64,000 nucleotides of DNA from Bacteroides sp. UBA1317. GTDB taxonomy: Bacteria; Bacteroidota; Bacteroidia; Bacteroidales; Bacteroidaceae. Below, piece after piece: positions 39,214 through 47,543 of this stretch; position 1 is the first letter of the stretch, and each line of letters starts with the position of its first letter. The DNA lies in NCBI GenBank assembly GCA_002307035.1, contig DBTL01000091.1, positions 11,175 through 75,174 on the forward strand, written 5' to 3'. The notes under the pieces are model-generated. The model worked only from the letters and a program-made list of their open reading frames with translations, was not told the origin of the DNA and ran no database searches. Made by a program: the position numbers and the translations under genes.

Positions 39214-41586
39214 ATGAAAAGATTCAGCTTTAGCATTTTACTGGTGCTCTGTACTTTTTTTGCAGTTCATGCAGGAGACATTAAAGGAATTGTATTGAAC
39301 AATATCGGTGAAAGAGTGGCGTTTGCCACAGTATTCTTAAAAGAGAGTAATACGGGAGTAAGCACTGATAACCGAGGACGATTTAATCTCCGCAGAGTAG
39401 CTCAGGGAAAGTATACCCTAATGGTTTCATTTATAAGTTATAAAACAAAAGAAGTGACTGTTGAGGTACCATCCGGCAACGAAGCAATAGTCGTTGACAC
39501 AATTATATTAGAACCAAACACGCAACATCTTGATGAAGTTGTTGTGGTCGGTAATTCGAGTACATATACTACACGTAATCCTTCAAGTTCCATACGCCTT
39601 AATCAGCCACTGTTGAAAATACCCCAAAACGTACAAGTTATCAGTTCACAAATCATGGCCGATCAACAAATCGTAAGCATGAGCGACGGTATTGCCCGCA
39701 ATGTAAGTGGTGTGACGAAATTGGAGCATTGGGGTGATTCATATACCCGCATCAACATGCGCGGCTCTCGTGCATCAGCATTCCGCGAAGGCATGAATGT
39801 GACAAGTTCGTGGGGGCCCTTAACGGAAGATATGAGCTTTGTAGATCGCATCGAATTCATCAAAGGTCCGGTTGGCTTTATGATGTCCAACGGAGAACCC
39901 AACGGTATTTATAACGTAGTGACCAAGAAACCGACAGGACAAACCAAAGGATCTGCTTCACTCACTTTCGGCAGCTACGATTTATATCGCACCACCCTCG
40001 ATCTTGATGGGAAATTGGATAAAAGCGGGCGACTTCTTTATCGCTTCAACGCTATGGGGCAAACAACTAATTCAATGCGAGCATACGAATTCGCCAAACG
40101 ATATAGCATAGCTCCCGTTATCAGCTACCAACTTGATGCTAACACAAAACTTACGGCTGAGTATAATTATCAATATATGGAGTCCTCGAACATTGGATCG
40201 TATTACAGTTTTTCACCGGATGGCTACGCTAGCCTTCCACAAGATTATTCCATTCTGGAGCCCGGCTTGCCATCTACTGTGGTAAATGACCATACGTTTA
40301 TCCTAAACTTACAACACTATTTCAATGAAAATTGGAAACTGACAGCACAAGGAGCCTACTTCAACTACAACAGAGAAGGAAGTTCTATGTGGCCTTCTTC
40401 TTTATCAGCAAACGGTGATTTGATTAGAAGAGTCAGCATAGGAGACGCTATCAATGAAATGAAATTTGGACAGATTTACATTAATGGAAAAGCGCAAACA
40501 GGATTTGTGTCTCATAATGTTTTAGCAGGTTTTGATACAGGAGATAAGCATGCATGGTACGACTGGAGTACAGGATTTAATCTCGATTCTATCGGTACGT
40601 ATAATATCTACAACACCAGCTATACAGGAGGAGACCCATACTATGGATATCCAACATTCGACCGTTCAAAGAGTCTCAAAGAACGTGCTAATTCAACACA
40701 AGTTACTCAATCATACATCGGACTCTATCTGCAAGATGAACTGGGATTCTTTAACGACCGCCTGCGACTAACCCTTGCCGGAAGATATACCTACGTAAAA
40801 GAAAGCTCATACGGCACGACCAAAACAGAAGATAGACATTTCTCTCCACGTGTCGCACTGAGTTATTCTCTCGATAAAAACACGTCAATATATACTCTTT
40901 ATGATCAATCATTCTCTCCACAAATGGGGACACTAAGGAGCGGAAAAAAAGTAAGTCCCATCACGGGTAACAACTGGGAAATCGGTTTAAAACGTAACTG
41001 GTTTGATAATCGATGGACAACGACTGTGGCAGCATACCAAATTCTCAGAAACAATGAAACAGCAAGTGATCCAACTAACGAACAAGGTGTGGAGACCTTC
41101 CTCGTACAAGTAGGACAATCAAAAGCGAAAGGAGTGGAAGTAGACCTTATCGGCGAAGTAGTTCCTAATCTTAGTATGACCACCAACTATGCATACACCG
41201 ACTATAAAGTAACTAAATCGGTTAACGAAGACAGCCCCGCAGGTACGCGTTTACCCGGATATGCAAAGCACAATTTTAATATCTGGTTGGAATACAAATT
41301 CACACAAGCATTTTTAGATGGATTCAGTCTTTCTTTGGGACAAAACACGCAATTAGATCGCAGTACATGGAATTGGGGAAATACAACAAACAATACCGCT
41401 TCACTACCCGATTACTTCCGCTTTGACGGAGCTATTGGCTGGCAAAAAAATAAATTGAAGCTTGCTGTGAATGTTTATAACTTATTTGATCGATATTTGT
41501 ACAGTGGTTCTCCCTATGGTACCTACTATTATTGGCAATCGGAACCGCCACGTAATTTCAGACTGAACATTATTTATAATTTTTAA
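39214..41586 (+). CDS. TonB-dependent siderophore receptor
   Basis: Signal peptide, carboxypeptidase-like N-domain, LKIPQNVQVI plug, RIEFIKGP, NLFDRYL, C-terminal YNF. Confidence 0.9.
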   Translation: MKRFSFSILLVLCTFFAVHAGDIKGIVLNNIGERVAFATVFLKESNTGVSTDNRGRFNLRRVAQGKYTLMVSFISYKTKEVTVEVPSGNEAIVVDTIILEPNTQHLDEVVVVGNSSTYTTRNPSSSIRLNQPLLKIPQNVQVISSQIMADQQIVSMSDGIARNVSGVTKLEHWGDSYTRINMRGSRASAFREGMNVTSSWGPLTEDMSFVDRIEFIKGPVGFMMSNGEPNGIYNVVTKKPTGQTKGSASLTFGSYDLYRTTLDLDGKLDKSGRLLYRFNAMGQTTNSMRAYEFAKRYSIAPVISYQLDANTKLTAEYNYQYMESSNIGSYYSFSPDGYASLPQDYSILEPGLPSTVVNDHTFILNLQHYFNENWKLTAQGAYFNYNREGSSMWPSSLSANGDLIRRVSIGDAINEMKFGQIYINGKAQTGFVSHNVLAGFDTGDKHAWYDWSTGFNLDSIGTYNIYNTSYTGGDPYYGYPTFDRSKSLKERANSTQVTQSYIGLYLQDELGFFNDRLRLTLAGRYTYVKESSYGTTKTEDRHFSPRVALSYSLDKNTSIYTLYDQSFSPQMGTLRSGKKVSPITGNNWEIGLKRNWFDNRWTTTVAAYQILRNNETASDPTNEQGVETFLVQVGQSKAKGVEVDLIGEVVPNLSMTTNYAYTDYKVTKSVNEDSPAGTRLPGYAKHNFNIWLEYKFTQAFLDGFSLSLGQNTQLDRSTWNWGNTTNNTASLPDYFRFDGAIGWQKNKLKLAVNVYNLFDRYLYSGSPYGTYYYWQSEPPRNFRLNIIYNF

Positions 41587-41601
41587 GAACAACAAAGAAA
41601 C

Positions 41602-42747
41602 ATGAAAAAGCTATCAGCTCGTATTGTATTTCACAAACTTCATCTTTGGCTGGGACTAGTATCCGGCATCGTAGTTTTCATTGTGGCCATAACGGGAGCC
41701 ATTTATGCCTTTCATGAGGAGATAGACGGTTTGTTTCGTCCATCACTCTCTGTAGAGGCTACAGGCAAACCTTTCTTATCGCCGGATGATTTGAAGCTGA
41801 AAGTAAGTCAATACATATTCAAGACACCCGCAGATAGTAATAATGTTATCCAAGGTGTTACTTATGGCACTTACGAACAAGCAGCAGAAGTGGCCTGTTC
41901 ATTGAGTAAAAAGCGATGTATCTTTTATGTAAACCCATATAGTGGAACAGTTATCCATCAAGAAGGATTTAGAGACGGTTTCTTTCATACAGTTCTGGCA
42001 GGCCATCGCAGTCTATGGCTTCCACATCCAATTGGTAAAGCAATTGTAGGATGGAGTATTGTCCTATTTGTCCTTATCACCTTATCAGGAATTGTCATAT
42101 GGTTTCCTGCTAAGCAAACAAAGAAAGCTTTTAAAAGCGGGTTGAAGATAAAGTGGGGTGCCCCTTTTTCTCGCGTGAACTACGACCTGCATAAAGTTCT
42201 AGGGTTCTATACAGCCATCTTTGCATTGCTCATTGCTCTCACCGGTTTAGTCTGGAGCTTCAACTGGTTTTCCGAAGGATACTATAGCCTCATTACGGGA
42301 GGAAAAGAATTCAAAAAATGGGAGTTAGCCCAATCGGATTCAACACAAACAGCTCAATTGAAAGAGCCCTCCGCCCTACTTTGGAAACAAATGAACAAAG
42401 AGTATCCTATAGGCCAAAAAGGGACTTTTCGTTTTGATTATCCTGAAAAGCCAACAGATACCTATGGCATTTGTTATAACCCATCTAGTAATACCTATTA
42501 CCAACGAGAATTTCGCTTCTTTGATCGAAATACGTTGCAAGAGGTAAAAGGAGGTGGTACGTATGGTATCAAACAATCCAAGGCTTCATGGGGAGATAAA
42601 CTCTACCGAATGACGTACGACATACACGTAGGCTCTATCTTGGGGTTACCCGGAAGAATATTGGTATTTCTGGTCAGTCTGGTGGTTGCTTCGCTGCCTA
42701 TTACCGGTTATATTATCTGGTGGAAAAAAAGAAGAAAAAAACACTAA
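41602..42747 (+). CDS. PepSY-associated TM helix protein (putative ferri-siderophore reductase)
   Basis: LHLWLGL, GHRSLW, DLHKVLG, DIHVG conserved His; co-oriented with the receptor. Confidence 0.9.
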   Translation: MKKLSARIVFHKLHLWLGLVSGIVVFIVAITGAIYAFHEEIDGLFRPSLSVEATGKPFLSPDDLKLKVSQYIFKTPADSNNVIQGVTYGTYEQAAEVACSLSKKRCIFYVNPYSGTVIHQEGFRDGFFHTVLAGHRSLWLPHPIGKAIVGWSIVLFVLITLSGIVIWFPAKQTKKAFKSGLKIKWGAPFSRVNYDLHKVLGFYTAIFALLIALTGLVWSFNWFSEGYYSLITGGKEFKKWELAQSDSTQTAQLKEPSALLWKQMNKEYPIGQKGTFRFDYPEKPTDTYGICYNPSSNTYYQREFRFFDRNTLQEVKGGGTYGIKQSKASWGDKLYRMTYDIHVGSILGLPGRILVFLVSLVVASLPITGYIIWWKKRRKKH

Positions 42748-42766
42748 GATAAAAAAATTGAGATCT

Positions 42767-42822
42767 CATATTATTAAAGAAAGCACAGAATTAGCTGATT
42801 CTGTGCTTTCTTTAATAATATG
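42767..42822. terminator. Perfect 25-bp inverted repeat between convergent operons
   Basis: CATATTATTAAAGAAAGCACAGAAT-tagctg-ATTCTGTGCTTTCTTTAATAATATG. Confidence 0.8.
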
Positions 42823-42832
42823 TATGCAATAT

Positions 42833-44731
42833 TCATTGACCCGTTTCGAAATTAGTAAATAGATTAAAACTATGAGAAGCGACAGAAATCGTTTGAGTAG
42901 TACTACTAACAAACAGTTTTTGCCCACTGATATAATCATACCAAGTACCAATTGTAGGGAAAGTAACGGAATAATTACCAGTTGTGCCCGTAAAATTGCC
43001 CACTAGTACCATTGCTTCATCACCCGCAACAGAAGTAATAAAACGTCCATCACTCCAATTATTAACGGCAACATCCCAGCTAAATGATGCACTAGATGAA
43101 AATAATTCAGGATAATTACTCCGCAAAGCAGCCAATTTACTATATATATCGTATAGCCCTCTACGATAAGTATTATCGTAATAGCTCCAAAGAACGGGCT
43201 TTTCTCCTGTACGTCCATTCTCGTCAATAGGTATATCATATGCCAGTTCACCAAACTGCCAAATCATTTTTGGACCTGGTACAGTTAAAAAGAAAGCAAC
43301 ATTAACCGCTGCCTGATCCAGGCGAACATCCAAATCTGTCTGTATATCCCCATCACCCCAAGTTTTGGCCTTATAGGATGTGCGCTCTTCATCATGACTT
43401 TCCATATAACCAACCAAACTACCCACAGGCATACCAGACGTGCCCGCATATAATCCGGTAAAAGCACTATCGTCATTCCAGCCCATTGCCGACTGACAAT
43501 AAGCATTATTCATATTTCTCCAAAGCATAATACCATTACTACCTAGTTCACTCTCTTCACTTGTTTCGGCCAGATGTTCAAAAATGACATATGCATCAGA
43601 TTTTCGCGTCCAAACTTCAGACGCTATGCGCTTCAAATTGATAATACGAGCCAAATCATAAGTGTTGGCCCAAGTATCAGTCGGTATAGTATTTGAAAAT
43701 CCTTTAGTAAAATCATAACGAAAACCATCTACCATATACTGGTCCATCCAGTAACTAGCTATACTATCTACAAGCGCACGAGTATACGAACTTTCATGAT
43801 TAAAATCATACCCCCATATCAAACTCGAATTTGTCATGTTAGACTGCTGATTGTACCAAGGATTATCTGCTGACGGATTTCCGTCAGCATCACGATAAAG
43901 TAAATAAAAAGGCGACTGACCGTAACTATGATTCAAAACCAAGTCTAGAATAACTGCTATGCCTTGCTTATGACATTCGTCAACAAAAGACTTCAGATTA
44001 TTTTTCGTGCCATAATATTTATCAACTGCAAAGTAAAAAGAAGGATTATACCCCCAACTGCTATTTCCCTCAAACTCATTAATTGGCATTAATTCAACTG
44101 CATTTATTCCAAGAGTCTTTAAGTAGGGAATCTTCTCCTTAGCTGCATTGAACGAATGTTCTGACGTAAAATCACGAATCAATACTTCATAGATTATTAG
44201 TTGATCTTTAGATGGCCGAACAAAATCCCTTACCTCCCAATTATAAGCAGTCTGCCCAGTTTGCAATACAGACACAATACCCTCTGCTTTACCAGAAGGA
44301 TAAGCTTTCAAATCAGGATATACTGATGAAGGTATATCAGAATCATTCCATGGATCAAGTACCTTATCTGTATATGGATCAGCAATATAAATAGAATCAT
44401 CCACTACATACTGAAAAGCGTATTCCTGACGAGGTGTGAGTCCTGACAGAGTTATCCAAAAGTATTCTCCATCTTTCTTTAGCTTATATTCTGAAAGTAA
44501 TGTCCAATCATTGAAATCCCCTACAACGTACACCGAATCTTTATTCGGAGCTTGAAGAACAAGTGTCACTTCCGTATCATTAACATAGTTAACCCCAGCT
44601 CTTATCCCTTCCGGCATAAGAATTTCCGCAGTTTCCTCATTCTTTGAAGGAATATCACCATCATGATCGCTACACGATAATAAAGCAAAAAACAGTAGTT
44701 CAATAAATACAATATATAAAATCCTATTCAT
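42833..44731 (-). CDS. GH13 alpha-amylase family surface lipoprotein (CBM48-like + GH13)
   Basis: Lipobox LLSC; VVGDFNDW, SWGYNP, DGFRYDFTK, IFEHL, ESHDEE. Confidence 0.9.
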   Translation of the reverse strand: MNRILYIVFIELLFFALLSCSDHDGDIPSKNEETAEILMPEGIRAGVNYVNDTEVTLVLQAPNKDSVYVVGDFNDWTLLSEYKLKKDGEYFWITLSGLTPRQEYAFQYVVDDSIYIADPYTDKVLDPWNDSDIPSSVYPDLKAYPSGKAEGIVSVLQTGQTAYNWEVRDFVRPSKDQLIIYEVLIRDFTSEHSFNAAKEKIPYLKTLGINAVELMPINEFEGNSSWGYNPSFYFAVDKYYGTKNNLKSFVDECHKQGIAVILDLVLNHSYGQSPFYLLYRDADGNPSADNPWYNQQSNMTNSSLIWGYDFNHESSYTRALVDSIASYWMDQYMVDGFRYDFTKGFSNTIPTDTWANTYDLARIINLKRIASEVWTRKSDAYVIFEHLAETSEESELGSNGIMLWRNMNNAYCQSAMGWNDDSAFTGLYAGTSGMPVGSLVGYMESHDEERTSYKAKTWGDGDIQTDLDVRLDQAAVNVAFFLTVPGPKMIWQFGELAYDIPIDENGRTGEKPVLWSYYDNTYRRGLYDIYSKLAALRSNYPELFSSSASFSWDVAVNNWSDGRFITSVAGDEAMVLVGNFTGTTGNYSVTFPTIGTWYDYISGQKLFVSSTTQTISVASHSFNLFTNFETGQ

Positions 44732-44773
44732 CCATTGAAGTCTTAAGATTAATACTTAAATACATCGGCATAG

Positions 44774-44810
44774 AAAAATGAAAGGCCAACATTTTATAGC
44801 CGACCTTTCA
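44774..44810 (-). terminator. Intra-PUL terminator/attenuator before the GH13 gene
   Basis: Minus strand TGAAAGGTCGGC-tataaaat-GTTGGCCTTTCA-TTTTT (with G-U pairs). Confidence 0.55.
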
Positions 44811-44836
44811 ACTCTATTTTAGAAACAACGATACTC

Positions 44837-45940
44837 TTATTCTATGCTATATGTCAATTCATCAGAATTATTGAGATTAACAGTAATACGATATGTACCC
44901 GCAGTGACTACAATATTATCGCCACCAAGTGATAAAATCCCCTCTGAACCTCCCCAGTTAGTTGTCCATGAAGAATCTATGCGAAATTTAATTTCTCCAT
45001 CAACTAAAGTAACATCAGCATAAAATTCTTGCTCCACTGTATCAAAACTCATTATAATTTCATCACTATCACTCCAGCCACCGACACCGCTACCAATAAT
45101 ACCTAATGAATCAAATCCAAGAAGATTTTTCAACAATAATGTTTGAGTGTTAAAGGACAATTTATAGAATCGTTTTGAAAAACAAGATATATTGCCAGAA
45201 CTTCCACTAGCAATAAGCGACACAGATGAAGCTTCACTAGCTGGAGCAGTTGTAGAAGTATCAATACCCCAATTAACATCATCTTCCCAACCAGCAATTC
45301 CGGTAATTTTAAATCCACTGGCTGCCTTTTCACCAAAATCTACAACAGCCTCATAATTTATTTCATCTTGAGTATAACTGTATAAGAATTGCGAAGCAGT
45401 ATGACTCCAACCGCAATAATCTCCAATGACCCATACATTAGGATATACAATCTCAGTATTATAAGTGGTAACAGAAGTACTTACAGTATTAGAATACAGA
45501 GAAGAAATCTCCGATATTGAAGATGAAGATCCCATTGCTTCTGCCACCACTCTAAACTCAACATCGGCACTAGCCTCAGCTTCTACACCAAGTGCCAACA
45601 ATATAGTATTTAATTTGCTAACTGTAACAGGTATGCCATCCGATGCAACGGTTGTCACTCCCAGAGACTTAGCATTAGCAAAATCGGAACCTGATAAATC
45701 AGCATATAAGGTATATTGAACGGCAAAATTAATGCCATCAAAATCCGGTTCTGTAAATGTAAATGTAGTCAACGTATCACTAGCATTATCATACAACAAA
45801 ACATAACTGGAATTGATAGAAGATAACACGCTAGATACCGCATTTTCAGAATTATATGAGGGATCAGCATTCTGGTCACTGCACGAAAAAGCCGTAACTC
45901 CGAATAATATGATCATTAATAACTTTAATATTTTTTTCAT
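44837..45940 (-). CDS. SusE/SusF-like surface glycan-binding lipoprotein
   Basis: Lipobox AFSC; SusE-like N-domain and GEIKFR..W..NWG starch-binding module. Confidence 0.85.
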   Translation of the reverse strand: MKKILKLLMIILFGVTAFSCSDQNADPSYNSENAVSSVLSSINSSYVLLYDNASDTLTTFTFTEPDFDGINFAVQYTLYADLSGSDFANAKSLGVTTVASDGIPVTVSKLNTILLALGVEAEASADVEFRVVAEAMGSSSSISEISSLYSNTVSTSVTTYNTEIVYPNVWVIGDYCGWSHTASQFLYSYTQDEINYEAVVDFGEKAASGFKITGIAGWEDDVNWGIDTSTTAPASEASSVSLIASGSSGNISCFSKRFYKLSFNTQTLLLKNLLGFDSLGIIGSGVGGWSDSDEIIMSFDTVEQEFYADVTLVDGEIKFRIDSSWTTNWGGSEGILSLGGDNIVVTAGTYRITVNLNNSDELTYSIE

Positions 45941-45973
45941 TTTTCAAAAATTTAGTATTAACACTCCTACTTA

Positions 45974-47521
45974 TTAATATCCAGTATTCTGCGTAAGATT
46001 ACTATTTGCATTTATATCGTCATCTGGAATTGGGAACAAATTAAACTTGTCAGCTACAGCCTTTCCTGCCTGAATATGTCCTTTCCAAGACCATAGATAG
46101 TCTGAAGTAGTAAACTTCCCGAATCTGATCAGATCTGAACGGCGATGGCATTCCCAATAAAGTTCGCGTCCACGTTCATCCAGAATATCATCTAACGTAT
46201 AGCTATCAACTTCACTCAAACCTGCTCTTGTACGAACCTGATTCAAATAAGTAAGACCTTCAGTTGTCGTTACAGTAGTAGCTCCACGTTTGGCACACTC
46301 AGCAAGCATTAAATAAACGTCAGCCAGACGGAAGACCGGAAAATCAGTATCAACAAAACCTGTTGACTGCCCTGCAGCACCAGCAGACGTTCTATTTCTA
46401 AATTTAGTCACAGCATATCCGTCTGTGAATGTACCCAAATCCGCAATTTCCTTCTCTTGACCATCAGTGTAAAACAATGCGCGAGTATCATTAGTGGTAT
46501 CAAACAGGTCAACAAATTCAGGAGTTGTACGCAATCCTCCCCAACCAGATGATATACCCATCAGACTTGCAGCAGGCATACTTCCCCCCGTAGCTGCAAA
46601 TATAATAAAATTGGTACAACCATAACTTTGTGTATAAAGCCCATCTTGCTCTACTGCAAATATGATTTCACCTTTAGATGTCGTATTATTATCTGCAAGG
46701 AACAGATAGGGATAATTATCAACCAAAGAATAAGATGTCGCTATCTCTTTACAAACGGTAGCACACTCGCTATACGCATCTTTACTAGCATAAATCTCAG
46801 CATTCAAATACAACTTAGCAAGAATCATTTCAGCAGCACCTTGATCCATGCGTCCATAATCATTTGTTCCGGCAGCTTTCAAATCATCTTTAAAATCTAA
46901 GATTTCCGTAACCAACCATTCGTACATGTCTGCTCGAGATTTCTGCTCTGGCAATGTTGCTCCCACACTATTATCTTCAGTGGCAAAAGGTACATTACCA
47001 AACATATCAATAGCATGATAATATGCCAAAGCACGCAGAGCTCTAGCCTCAGCGATGTAATAATTCATATTATCTGAAGTAATACCTGATTTTTCTGCCT
47101 GACGAATAAATTCATTACAAAGAGACACTTCATACAAAGTCCGATAATACGCAGCTGCAACAAATTGATCAGATGATGTCCAAGCAAGTCCATGAAGATC
47201 ACGCAATGTAGCGTCATTCCAACCAATTACAGCTTCATCGGTTGTTAGTTCATTCATATAAAACAAAGCACGAATATATTGCCCAAATCCTCCATCAATA
47301 CCATCAATATCAGCATCACCTGAAGGACCTTGCGATGAGCTTACCGCCAAAGCCGAATAACACTTAGCCAGCAATGATTTATAATCAGATTCACTGGTCA
47401 ATGCTACATCTGCAGTATTCAGATCAGGATCGATAGGTGTAACATTCAGATCCCCTGTGCACGAACTAATCCCTATAGAAGATATAAAGATTAATATTCC
47501 TAAAATTTTATCTCGTTTCAT
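45974..47521 (-). CDS. susD: SusD/RagB family lipoprotein
   Basis: Lipobox ISSC; EARALRA, FRLADVYL..AE, ERGRELYWECHRRSDLIRFG. Confidence 0.95.
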   Translation of the reverse strand: MKRDKILGILIFISSIGISSCTGDLNVTPIDPDLNTADVALTSESDYKSLLAKCYSALAVSSSQGPSGDADIDGIDGGFGQYIRALFYMNELTTDEAVIGWNDATLRDLHGLAWTSSDQFVAAAYYRTLYEVSLCNEFIRQAEKSGITSDNMNYYIAEARALRALAYYHAIDMFGNVPFATEDNSVGATLPEQKSRADMYEWLVTEILDFKDDLKAAGTNDYGRMDQGAAEMILAKLYLNAEIYASKDAYSECATVCKEIATSYSLVDNYPYLFLADNNTTSKGEIIFAVEQDGLYTQSYGCTNFIIFAATGGSMPAASLMGISSGWGGLRTTPEFVDLFDTTNDTRALFYTDGQEKEIADLGTFTDGYAVTKFRNRTSAGAAGQSTGFVDTDFPVFRLADVYLMLAECAKRGATTVTTTEGLTYLNQVRTRAGLSEVDSYTLDDILDERGRELYWECHRRSDLIRFGKFTTSDYLWSWKGHIQAGKAVADKFNLFPIPDDDINANSNLTQNTGY

Positions 47522-47543
47522 ATTTAATCTGTTTTAATAATGA

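Noticed and set aside
42767-42822. Perfect 25-bp inverted repeat as a mobile-element end or inversion site
   Set aside because: Its position between convergent stop codons is explained by a bidirectional terminator; no second copy or recombinase was seen.
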